A stretch of DNA of 64,000 bases, taken from positions 1 to 64,000 of the IMG/VR virus record IMGVR_UViG_3300019776_000324; one strand, 5' to 3'. A program made the position numbers and the translations under genes. Shown here in pieces: positions 53,701 through 61,925 of this stretch (positions within the stretch are counted from its first letter, which is position 1; each line of letters opens with the position of its first letter). The notes beneath the pieces are model-generated. The model was not told the DNA's origin. It was given only the letters and a program-made list of their open reading frames with translations, and made no database searches. This DNA comes from a virus.

Positions 53701-56700
53701 GAGCCAGCTTGTACTCGCACAGAACCATCGAGCGGAGCACCTGTATATACGCTACAGTTGTTGTAGCAAATATCAATAGAATGACCAAATGCTGATTCAT
53801 CAATTGGATTGTTAGGCTCAACTTTTTCTACTAACTGGAATTGATTTGTTTCAATTTCAATTATGTCGCCAATGGTTAATGTAAGCTCGCTAGATAAAAT
53901 AATATCACTGCCGCTTACTGTAAATTGACCGTTGATGTATTGAGCATTATTAGTTAAGTATTGGTTGTTTAACAATACTGCCACTGGGTCTGCAAATGAA
54001 CCAGGAATTTCGTAGGTGTATTGTGTTGCATTAGATACAATATAACGAACCGCACTTCGATCAATAGCGTACACAGCACCAGAGTTAATTGACTGATTGT
54101 TAGAGTCCAGTACTACCTCGTTTGGTGCGCCTATTAGAATCTGTCTTCCTAAGCGATCTGTTGTAATGCTAGATCCAAAATTAGCGGCAGAGTCTACTCC
54201 ATCTACTTCAATTGAATCTACATACTTCCAGTAAGTTCCTGTTACTACTTGAATTATAGCACTCACTGACGGCACTGTTATGAAAGTAAGAGTTGTTCCA
54301 CTGAATGTATAATCAATGTATGGTCTTTGTAGCACTCCATCAACTTCAACTGTGAAGGAATCATAACTTGTGGCTGTGTATAAAGAAAGTGCAAGGTTAT
54401 ACGATGGACCTGCAGTGGCATCTAAAGTAGCAACTTGACGACGAGTTATAATTAATTCTTGTCCAGGTGCAGGAACATATAAAAATTGAACCAATGTAGC
54501 ATTGATCAAGTAATCTACACCATACTGTGCTTCAAAGTTACCAATGGATACAGTTAACTGATCGTGGTTGGTAGAATTGATTTCAATATCGGTGTTGTAA
54601 ATGTAGGTAGCTGTGATTCCGTCAGTTACATATTTTACAACTTGTACCGGAATATCTACACGACCGTATGCATACACTCGATTTGCACCTGGTGCGCCGA
54701 TGTACATCCATCGTTCGTCGTCACTTATTTGTACTGCCGATCCAAACCCAATTGCGCTAAAGTCTTGATCTGGTGCAACTAATAATTGTGTCTGTACATA
54801 GTTTGCTGTGCCAGGAACAAGATAAAGAGTAGTTGCATAACCAGCACCAGAGTTACTAGTGTTAGCACCTGCGACTGACCAAACGCGATTACCAAAATCA
54901 ACACTGCAACCATAACCACTTGCGTCAGTTGCTGTTAAAATTAATTCTAAATTTTCAACATAATGATTGGTTGAATCTACACGATATGTATAAACTGCAC
55001 CACGACCAGAATCATCATTTGGACTGCCAACTAACAATGCGAAGTGATCTGCGCTTTGTGAAAGGCTACTACCATACAATGAATTAGGCTGAACTGCTGA
55101 TGCACTCAATAATTCAATTTGACTAAACGGATTTTGTTTTTGTATTACTTCCCAATGTCCTGATCCATCATTGTCTACCCATGCTGTTGCTCCTGGAACC
55201 AATTGTGTAGTGTATGGCAAATTAATAACATCGCTTGCTTGGCTAACACGCATGGTTTGTAAATAGAATACAATGCCGGTTCCGGTTACAGAAGTTTGGT
55301 TTGTATTAACGAATGCATATTCAATTGTAACAGAATTTATCGATGGAATACTTAGTACTCGATACACACCGTCAATTGAGCTGTCAAAGAATCGAACAAT
55401 AATTAAATCGCCAACACTAAGATTAACCACAGATGAGAATTGTGCAATACTTGTACCGTTAAGATTATCAGTTACTTGTACTAAACGCCCAGGAACTTGT
55501 TGACATTGATATATGTTCCAGTTGTAACTGTTATCTTGTGCTACCCATATTGTAGTTCCATTGCCAATTGTATCAAGTTTAGCAGAAATTGAGCTTGGAT
55601 CATTTAAGTTAAACACAGTGATGTCAGCATCGTTGATGTTAACATATCCGGCAGTCGGCAACGCAGTGTCAAGATTGCGAGTGTAAGTCGTTGGCAATAT
55701 ATCTGTTGTTGGGATCTTATAGCTTTCTGCCCACAAGTTGTTTAGATACACTGGTTGGTTTGCTAGACTTGTTTCGCCTGGGTTGATAATTTGTATTGTG
55801 CTTGGATTGCCAGTTAGTGCAGCTTCGTTTAAGTCAACTTCAAACCAACTGCGATTAGCATTTGCACCGTATGTGCCAACTAATATACCCCAGTTTTCGT
55901 AGATGTTGTACTGTCCTGTTTCCTTGTTGAAATTAACATTGGTAAACAAGTCTGTGGCCTTCAAGGTACCCTTGGTCTTGATAAACTCTTGATACAGATT
56001 AACCTGGCTAGTGTCGCTAAGGTCAAGATCAACCATGTATTGGCGCGGACGGAATCCAATCAATCCATAGGCTAATAAATCATTATCGTTGTTAAGATTT
56101 GCAGTTTGTGTGTCATAACTGTTGGCCAACTGATCAGCTTTAGTTGCTAAGTTTTGCAATAGGCCTTGTTGTATTAAATTATAATTGCTCTTATACCAGT
56201 CAGTATATTCAAACTTCTCTTTAGGTTGAACAATTGTTGCTGCTTGCCAATAGCTGTTTTTGTAAATAACAATTTCACCCTTGGTGTACTTGGTGTTTGG
56301 CTTCCATGCTACAACATTGTTTTGATTTAATATAAATCCTTGCGCATCAAGTGTACCATCCCAGTCAGTTGATGTTGATGCTACCATTCTTAAACGACTT
56401 TGGCGTTCAGCGGTTACAGTATTATAAACTAAATCGTTAAAAATTGTACGATTGTCTAATACAATCATGTCTTCGTAATCAGTAAATTTTAACTGTAAGA
56501 AGCTAATGGTCTGATTGCGGCCAGGAGTAACACCCACTGAGAATGAGTCTCCTTCGCGTTGTATTACTAAGTTGCGAGATTCAATTACTTGACGGTTTTG
56601 ATCAAGCAACATGTTTTCTGGTGAGTAACTTATAATGTTATCAACAACTGCGCCAGGTCTTAATGCGTTGATCTGGGTAGCAGATGGATTTAAGTTGATA

Positions 56701-59700
56701 ATGGTTCCAGCACCCCAGCCTTGATTTGAGAAGTATAAAAACTCTTGCGCCATTTGCAACCAGTTAAGAGTATAACCGTTTTCTTTTACTGTAAACTCTA
56801 AACCTTGACTAGACAGATACGCACCATAACTCAACAAGAAGTCAACGACACTGGTTTGATTGCTAAATGTGTAACCATAAGGAACATTTACAATACTGTC
56901 GCTGTATTGACTTGGCACTGTCACTGATGTATTTCCAGCAGACACTACTTGAGAGATACCGTTTATTTTACTTGACAGGATTGGGAAATACGGAACTACA
57001 CTATTATAACCGTACACTGCATATCCATCGGATGTGACTTCAACAATTACAGCACTGTATGAAATTTCATTGAATGGTTGATTCTTGTACAATAATAAAT
57101 TATAACTCTCGGGTGGAATCAACAAGCTACTATTTTGACTGCTTGGATTAGATTTTTCAAGATATAAATTTAAATTTTGTTCTGGAATAAATGATGCTGC
57201 ACGATAGCAAAGTCTAACATCAAGATTAGACAAATCAGTAGTTAATGCATCGGTGCTGTTAATACCTAGCTGACGATTATAATCAACGATCCAGTTAATA
57301 TAGCTTGCCTTGCTTAGGCCATTACCATATACTTGAATACTTTGTGGTTGAATTCTATAACGACCATTATACAAATATTGATCAAATTCTGCGTTGTAAC
57401 GATATAAGTCACGGTCAGCAAACAAGCTAAAGAATTCTGCAGGGCGTGTAAGGATTAACAAACGCATTACTGCAAATGGGTAGCTTGAACTTGCCCACCA
57501 AGACGCTTCAGTAGGACCACCATCGCCAACTTGCCAGCTCTTAACAAATCCAGTTGGATCGTAATTTCCAACTACGCTGTCTAATGGTGCCAATAATTCG
57601 CCTTGCTCACCAACTGGAATAACTTGTGTCAATCCTGGACGAACATATTTAGGATTAATGTAATAACCTACTGGATCTGCTACTAAACCTGCTTCTAGGT
57701 CGCCCCAGAGAACCAAGTTGTCACTAGTATATGGTGCTGGACCATAACGATTTTCCCACCAGTCTGGTTGCTCGCTAAAGCCTAACATTTCCCACGGAGA
57801 TATGTTAGGAGCAAGAGTATCATAGAAGTAACGATAGATGCCGCGCCATGCTCCTAGCAGACTAGCATCGTTTAGTTTATTACCAGCTTGACTATAGTTG
57901 TAGGTGAACTCATTTCCTGGAATATAATTTTGAGTGTTGTAATCAACTTTGTTATATCCAACCCAGGTTAAAAATTCTTCGCCAAGAATTTGATTAATTT
58001 CAGATGAAGTATAATCTGTTGTGCGGAAGAAACCTGGCAATACATCCTCAATTACCAACGGAGGAGGGTTACCATCATTTTTAAGATTATTAAAAATTCG
58101 TGTTTCAAATTCTAACAACACTTGGTCGCGAATATCGCCAAACGCTACTGTGATACTGCCGTCGTGGCCTTGAATTACTGTAGTTGGATCAACATAGTCT
58201 GGGTCAACAAAAATCTCTGGACGATACTTAGGATATAATCCAAGTTTAGTTGGTGTGTTTGGAACAAAATTACCAGCTGTGTTTGTGTACTCGTTAATGG
58301 TAACAACATCGCCAACTGCCAAAGGAATAGTGATAGTTAATGTAGGTCCTTCGGTGGACACTACATAATCATAATTGCGGGTTAATAAAACATTATTAAC
58401 ATATACCAACAACCCTTGATAACTTGATGTTGTGTAACTGTAAGTTTGAGTTAAGTTAAACACCTGTGTGGTTATAGGATTAACTGTTGTCACTGATGAA
58501 GTGAATGTTGGGCCAGTTGGTAACATATCACTCCAGTAGAATGGAGTCAAGCTAGTGTCACCTAAATTTATCTGCGCTATTGCAGCATCTAATAGTTCAG
58601 CCACAGTCATTGTTTGGTATTCTGCCAAACTAAATTTAGTAACTGTTTGCAATAATATTGATTTAAACTTAATATACTCGCGGCTGTTATATTCTAATGC
58701 AGCAAAAATATTGTAGTTTGGATCGCGCATAAAATAACCAGTTAAGGTTAGCGGCGAACTTTGCTGTAGGATCTGTAAACCGTAAGGAATAATATTGCCA
58801 AGGTCTCTGGTATTGTTTGCACCAATTACCGGACCACTTAGATCAATAAGATTTTCTGCGATTGTACTGTAGTGATTGCGTATTGTACCTAAAGTAAACT
58901 GTGTACTGTTGCCATTCAATGGATTGTTTGACAAGTTCATCGGAACTTGGTAGAATCCAACTTTACTAACTTGGTCACTTAACACTAGAACTTCGACTAA
59001 ATCACCATTGGTATATGTTGACAACAAATTAATAGTTGTGGTGTTGGTACCAATGGTTACAGTATACTGATTAGATTCTATAAATGTATCATTGATAAAA
59101 ATTTGTATTGACGGAACTACTTCGTTAGGATTTACTGCTACATCTAATAGCAGTGGAGATCCATCATAGGTAAATTGAAATTGTTGGCGTACAAGACTAG
59201 GAGTAGCAGCAGTCTGCCATCCAATTTCTCTTGTATAAGTTATGCGATCGCTGTATTGTCTTACAAAACCTGTACTGATGTCAACTGTTTTTCCAACAGA
59301 GTCAATGGTGTAATTAAAAGAATCTGCGTAGAGATTATTGTCAAAAACAATATCTCCAAGGTTAGTTAGGCTTAGATAAGTTAGTGGGAATCCTAAGATT
59401 AAATCTGGATCTCCATCACCTATAGCATAGCTGAACAATGGACTACCAGTAAATGTACTACTAGGATAAATTGCTTTATTGCCAAAACTTATACCATTGG
59501 AATCAAATACATCAAACAAAGGAGGTTGGTTAACACTATTTTTTTGTTGTGCTTCTAACCATTCAACACCGTCAAAGTAATAAGTTAACATTGCTTCGGT
59601 GTTGCCGTTTAAAATTAACACGCTTTGATCAAACAATACTGTTGCATCAGCGGCAGGAATCAGCGCAATAATTGGTTCATCGATCAAGGGCTCTACAGTG

Positions 59701-61925
59701 TCAGGAGTAATGAATTGCACTGTATAAATTGTTCTACGAACTTCTGGATCGGTATCTGCAGCAAAAATAACTCGTGAACCGTTGACGAATTGATAGCCGT
59801 CTACTGTATATCCAGGCTGTCCATTGACATTACTTAATGCGTCTGTTTGATTAAAATCAATGATGTTAACTGCTGGCTTACCTTGAGTGCCAAAATTAAA
59901 TAATCTTGTTCCAGCACGATATTCTAAAATAGGTCTAGCAGCACGGAAATTATTATCCAACACTGGAACAGTATTGTTGTAGGCCGCCGAGGAATTGATT
60001 ACATCAATATGGAACCAACGATTGGTTCTTGTCCATGGATTTAAATCTGGACTAGCACGATTGATTGTTAGATAATCTGGGATCGTTGCCTGGTCAGCAC
60101 TTGCTTCAAATATGCTAGTTGACAATAACTGAATAGATGTTCCTACTCCCTCAACATAGTAAGTGTTATTTTGATAACTTGCAGGCGCAACGGATCCACG
60201 GAATACAACTTTCATTCCATTAGTGAAAACCACTCCATTGGGACTGGTGTAGTTTTGTTGACCGAGTATACTAGAAACATCAATAGTACTAGCAGCAGCT
60301 TGATCAATAATTCTAAACGCACCAAAAATATTAGGGTCTGTGCCGTCTTGATAATACAGTACATTTTTAGTAGCAGTTAGTAATGGAATCTGCTCAAAGA
60401 ATCCATCTGAATTTTTATACCAACTGGTACTAGAATATTGTGTACCAAATAAAATATTAAATTTGTTTAATTCAGCAACCGGCATCACACTAACTAACGA
60501 AATGTATAATTCTCCGTCAGGTGCTGGAACATACTGTATCTGCCAAACACTATATTGTATAGCAGGATCAGTAATAAAGGTAGTTTGATCAAATAGTTGT
60601 GTATCAAATGATCCAATATCGGTATTGAAGGTATCATTTCTTGGCAATGGATCAAAGAATGTAGTTTGTTGCCAACCACCAGTGTCAGGATCTGAGTTAT
60701 TGTTAACAAAAACAATAGTGCGATTATTTAAGTCGCGAGTTCCATCGATACCAGTAGGGTTTGTTTCAAAGAATGCACTAACAGTTTGATTATTAACTTG
60801 ATCAAACTGTAAAGTGGTAGTAATTAAATCAACACTGCCAATGCTTGGCATGTCATAATAAAAATTCTGGGCTGTTGCTAGTGGAACATTAAATGTAACT
60901 GTTCCAAGGTCTTCGCCGTTGTTAACAACACCTAATACATCACGACTGCTGATGTTTGGTGTAGCTGGAATTCGACCATTAACACCTGGATCGGTCTGAA
61001 TCCAAAATCCAGGACCTGTGCCAGATTCAGCATCAACCACAATGAACTGTCCACTAAAATTAAGATCAGTATCATTAGAATAATACAATACATCTGGACT
61101 ATCTTGCGGTACTGTGAAAGTTATTAGTCCAGTACTTGCGCCGTTATTAGTAACACCGTTGCTATAGATATTTGTTGTACCAAGGCTTATTTGAGTCTTG
61201 ATATAAAAAGCTCTTGCTACTTTCTGTGTGAGATCAAACACATAGGTATTTCCACGAACCAATGTTAGTGTTGGATTTGGTGCATAATCAATAGCCCAGC
61301 TGGTTGGATTATCAGTTACACGAAAGTTTTCAGTCTCGGACTGATTTTGTGCTACTTGAAAAGTATAAGTGCCGCCACGAACTAGTGTGATTTCAGGATC
61401 GTTGCCATTGTAGCCAGAAAAAGTATAGGCACCGTTGGCTCGAGTAACTACAAAATTATCAGTTAGTGGATAACCGCCACTGAATACATCAACTTCGTCG
61501 GGTCCTTGTGGTAACCAATAATATTGAGCATAGTTTACAAACTTGTCAAAGTCTACAAACGGATCCCATGTGTAATAGTCGCTTGTGTACAAGCTGTCCG
61601 AGTTAGAAACATTAGCGCCTTGCAATTCTAGTGCATCGTTAATTCCAGGATAGGTAATAGCATCAATTACACGACGAGAATTGTCTGGGTCTAATTGAAC
61701 TACGCCTGGCTCTAATTGATAATCTCTGCGAGCGTTGGTTGGTTCGACTACATAACCATCATTGGCATTAACACCAGGTCCAACACGACGACCAACAAAT
61801 CCTTGTGTCTTTTTAAATGACGGATTTTGAACAAGCTGATCTAATGTTGCATTTAAAAATTGACGATTAACTGGTGTTTGAAATATCTCTGGCAGTAAAT
61901 TAACTGTGCGAATTTGATTAGCCAT
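47769..61925 (-). CDS. giant virion structural protein (4,718 aa), putative tail fibre/adhesin or baseplate-associated protein
   Basis: Uninterrupted 14,157-nt ORF. Thr/Ser/Asn/Gly/Tyr/Val-rich beta-type composition throughout. Start codon overlaps the stop of the upstream structural gene (TAATG). Confidence 0.6.
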   Translation of the reverse strand: MANQIRTVNLLPEIFQTPVNRQFLNATLDQLVQNPSFKKTQGFVGRRVGPGVNANDGYVVEPTNARRDYQLEPGVVQLDPDNSRRVIDAITYPGINDALELQGANVSNSDSLYTSDYYTWDPFVDFDKFVNYAQYYWLPQGPDEVDVFSGGYPLTDNFVVTRANGAYTFSGYNGNDPEITLVRGGTYTFQVAQNQSETENFRVTDNPTSWAIDYAPNPTLTLVRGNTYVFDLTQKVARAFYIKTQISLGTTNIYSNGVTNNGASTGLITFTVPQDSPDVLYYSNDTDLNFSGQFIVVDAESGTGPGFWIQTDPGVNGRIPATPNISSRDVLGVVNNGEDLGTVTFNVPLATAQNFYYDMPSIGSVDLITTTLQFDQVNNQTVSAFFETNPTGIDGTRDLNNRTIVFVNNNSDPDTGGWQQTTFFDPLPRNDTFNTDIGSFDTQLFDQTTFITDPAIQYSVWQIQYVPAPDGELYISLVSVMPVAELNKFNILFGTQYSSTSWYKNSDGFFEQIPLLTATKNVLYYQDGTDPNIFGAFRIIDQAAASTIDVSSILGQQNYTSPNGVVFTNGMKVVFRGSVAPASYQNNTYYVEGVGTSIQLLSTSIFEASADQATIPDYLTINRASPDLNPWTRTNRWFHIDVINSSAAYNNTVPVLDNNFRAARPILEYRAGTRLFNFGTQGKPAVNIIDFNQTDALSNVNGQPGYTVDGYQFVNGSRVIFAADTDPEVRRTIYTVQFITPDTVEPLIDEPIIALIPAADATVLFDQSVLILNGNTEAMLTYYFDGVEWLEAQQKNSVNQPPLFDVFDSNGISFGNKAIYPSSTFTGSPLFSYAIGDGDPDLILGFPLTYLSLTNLGDIVFDNNLYADSFNYTIDSVGKTVDISTGFVRQYSDRITYTREIGWQTAATPSLVRQQFQFTYDGSPLLLDVAVNPNEVVPSIQIFINDTFIESNQYTVTIGTNTTTINLLSTYTNGDLVEVLVLSDQVSKVGFYQVPMNLSNNPLNGNSTQFTLGTIRNHYSTIAENLIDLSGPVIGANNTRDLGNIIPYGLQILQQSSPLTLTGYFMRDPNYNIFAALEYNSREYIKFKSILLQTVTKFSLAEYQTMTVAELLDAAIAQINLGDTSLTPFYWSDMLPTGPTFTSSVTTVNPITTQVFNLTQTYSYTTSSYQGLLVYVNNVLLTRNYDYVVSTEGPTLTITIPLAVGDVVTINEYTNTAGNFVPNTPTKLGLYPKYRPEIFVDPDYVDPTTVIQGHDGSITVAFGDIRDQVLLEFETRIFNNLKNDGNPPPLVIEDVLPGFFRTTDYTSSEINQILGEEFLTWVGYNKVDYNTQNYIPGNEFTYNYSQAGNKLNDASLLGAWRGIYRYFYDTLAPNISPWEMLGFSEQPDWWENRYGPAPYTSDNLVLWGDLEAGLVADPVGYYINPKYVRPGLTQVIPVGEQGELLAPLDSVVGNYDPTGFVKSWQVGDGGPTEASWWASSSYPFAVMRLLILTRPAEFFSLFADRDLYRYNAEFDQYLYNGRYRIQPQSIQVYGNGLSKASYINWIVDYNRQLGINSTDALTTDLSNLDVRLCYRAASFIPEQNLNLYLEKSNPSSQNSSLLIPPESYNLLLYKNQPFNEISYSAVIVEVTSDGYAVYGYNSVVPYFPILSSKINGISQVVSAGNTSVTVPSQYSDSIVNVPYGYTFSNQTSVVDFLLSYGAYLSSQGLEFTVKENGYTLNWLQMAQEFLYFSNQGWGAGTIINLNPSATQINALRPGAVVDNIISYSPENMLLDQNRQVIESRNLVIQREGDSFSVGVTPGRNQTISFLQLKFTDYEDMIVLDNRTIFNDLVYNTVTAERQSRLRMVASTSTDWDGTLDAQGFILNQNNVVAWKPNTKYTKGEIVIYKNSYWQAATIVQPKEKFEYTDWYKSNYNLIQQGLLQNLATKADQLANSYDTQTANLNNDNDLLAYGLIGFRPRQYMVDLDLSDTSQVNLYQEFIKTKGTLKATDLFTNVNFNKETGQYNIYENWGILVGTYGANANRSWFEVDLNEAALTGNPSTIQIINPGETSLANQPVYLNNLWAESYKIPTTDILPTTYTRNLDTALPTAGYVNINDADITVFNLNDPSSISAKLDTIGNGTTIWVAQDNSYNWNIYQCQQVPGRLVQVTDNLNGTSIAQFSSVVNLSVGDLIIVRFFDSSIDGVYRVLSIPSINSVTIEYAFVNTNQTSVTGTGIVFYLQTMRVSQASDVINLPYTTQLVPGATAWVDNDGSGHWEVIQKQNPFSQIELLSASAVQPNSLYGSSLSQSADHFALLVGSPNDDSGRGAVYTYRVDSTNHYVENLELILTATDASGYGCSVDFGNRVWSVAGANTSNSGAGYATTLYLVPGTANYVQTQLLVAPDQDFSAIGFGSAVQISDDERWMYIGAPGANRVYAYGRVDIPVQVVKYVTDGITATYIYNTDIEINSTNHDQLTVSIGNFEAQYGVDYLINATLVQFLYVPAPGQELIITRRQVATLDATAGPSYNLALSLYTATSYDSFTVEVDGVLQRPYIDYTFSGTTLTFITVPSVSAIIQVVTGTYWKYVDSIEVDGVDSAANFGSSITTDRLGRQILIGAPNEVVLDSNNQSINSGAVYAIDRSAVRYIVSNATQYTYEIPGSFADPVAVLLNNQYLTNNAQYINGQFTVSGSDIILSSELTLTIGDIIEIETNQFQLVEKVEPNNPIDESAFGHSIDICYNNCSVYTGAPLDGSVRVQAGSAQRNVNQSRVYGVTTSTIANPVLTGGDTIRINNTEVTIPDSPNNTIAGLVSVINSSGIPNVTSTSSADVYLTGDGSTKIFEIGNMYSSASSYNTVVYVNDTLQTVGVNYTYNNTTQQIAFVLAPSYGATIKVVSGKITINVINTDAAITFNKLTVLPGVIGSAFYDIGFVTYPYTQTITSPNPTDYAQFGSAVSVNTNAVNLVVGAPNGDVYEPTTFDGGETYFDDRSTTFFNTIVNSGVAYTFDYLPSATSSITDPGNFVFGQQVYSSDLNTGDQFGLAVNYRSQRLLVGAPGSDLGDSSANYGQVAVLDNPTDAPVWTVIHAQQPTVDVSLLNSVYSYNKLATTNQAQTYFDFIDPLQGKILGVARRNIDYIGAVDPANYNSGTIHNIGTSWGETHVGQIWWDTNSVRFIDPNQDNIIYASRRWSQVFPGSTIDIYQWVESSVPPANYTGDGTPLSSTSYTVKSSITDTGILVTSYYFWVRGLSTVATAYGKTLSTNAIASYILNPISSGLPYIAGINANTVAVYNASSLLSASDTILHVEYDRQALGGNADIHTEYQFIADGRANAFLNANLYRKLIDSLCGVDTVGNAVPDPLLSPGLQFGVEFRPRQSMFVDRFTALQNYLGRANSILAQFPISETRSFNLLNSSEPTPAANSGAWNYEVPNLEVLAYQDLALVPYGYLYLVLSDSTQNGLWTIYEVVAGTTVGSKELSLVRVQNYDTALYWNYINWYLPGYNSSVQPLATVQNVSNLQTLSLATVPVGGSAKVTANGQGKYEIYLRTDLGWDRVGLEDGTIAFKEELWNYSVGLYGFDSEVFDAQYFDQEPVIETRQIIKAINEELFVGDLLIERNQLLMLMFQYIYTEFTNPYWLIKTSYIDVDHVIRGLLPYQLFQPDNQTFVLDYLNEVKPFHVQNLAFNLIYDGSDEYPGNLIDFDVPAYWNTALPIPQFTSPVLTPYTMSGSLVESTNSDAAPNAQIWLENPWAQWYNNYLLEIEGVTVINGGSGYTIAPDVVVTGDCITPATITAIINGSGQVSGVNIVDPGYGYSTTAIITFTGGNGSGAIAVSQMGNGLVRSIKTTIKYDRYQYSTSIAEWQANVTYIQGARVRWSNAVWEADQSGSSSVFVPSNWTLIEAGDLSGVDRTMGYYVPGINMPGLSLPLLIDGIDYPGVQVTAPTFSQNTGFDVGNFDINPFDNIAYGAEGAPTYSPEILDAIYSSSYLDTYLGTRPTDINVDGGAYVDTYSSHAPEELIPGAEFDTLDFRVYTTPGADWLGLGHGFPIASRRYEYDPANPTISFANVLANPMVVILFNATLELAIEPLSYNWAEYELTVDPTTARAGDTIIAYVTGVGGGNQLYLETYNEASLDSVVVPFTTPVAFNSSTTYFYGDVVSYNNLFYQSIDNDFSGQLPTNTTYWTEISGAALIYEFLIYNGETQLVNGVDYTYAQIAGTNNTLVTFTDTYGITDRINLAAFGYGYNGTTYSWSLPVFQTTTVTDSSQLTYTLTNSLQGTNPVNIMVLRNGVRARPYESVRYIGDGSTETFDLPSRGGYSEGLIADSDVEVYFNNVLQEQNVVYVVSPWDGSSNRTITMAFPPAPGTVLIVSVSTGAQYNISGNELTFLPEAGLSPQVGDLLEFVTWNDTSEQGILTQVFVGPTTSGITISEGYDSVDFDSASVNNTTGSYDYSVGSQIQSNVFDTGTIIDNPDRLLVTVNGEWIFNGIGFTVDGSNVVILGPTIPAQTVVAITSFTQSVVPGSMEFRIFQDMRGVQATYRMTPQTTTVTTQPVAQDDDVIYVGNILALTQPNFAANIWGVLTIDAERIMYRYWDEQTGTVSGLLRGTAGTAAAPHDSDAIVYNLGRGNLLPEQYQNYIVTNSAIADGSTTVFTAVDINLLLEDSSIRDESLEVYVGGTRVTTGYTVTGENPAEITFTDAPPAGAEVTMLVRRGVTWYEQGAGTASNGVPLQETETKAARFLRGL

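Noticed and set aside
48503-60715. Numerous 60-100-aa ORFs on the + strand inside the giant - strand gene (e.g. 48667-48978, 54564-54782, 60171-60380)
   Set aside because: They lie entirely antisense to a 14-kb uninterrupted ORF, have no SD or promoter context, and show low-complexity composition. They are treated as spurious.
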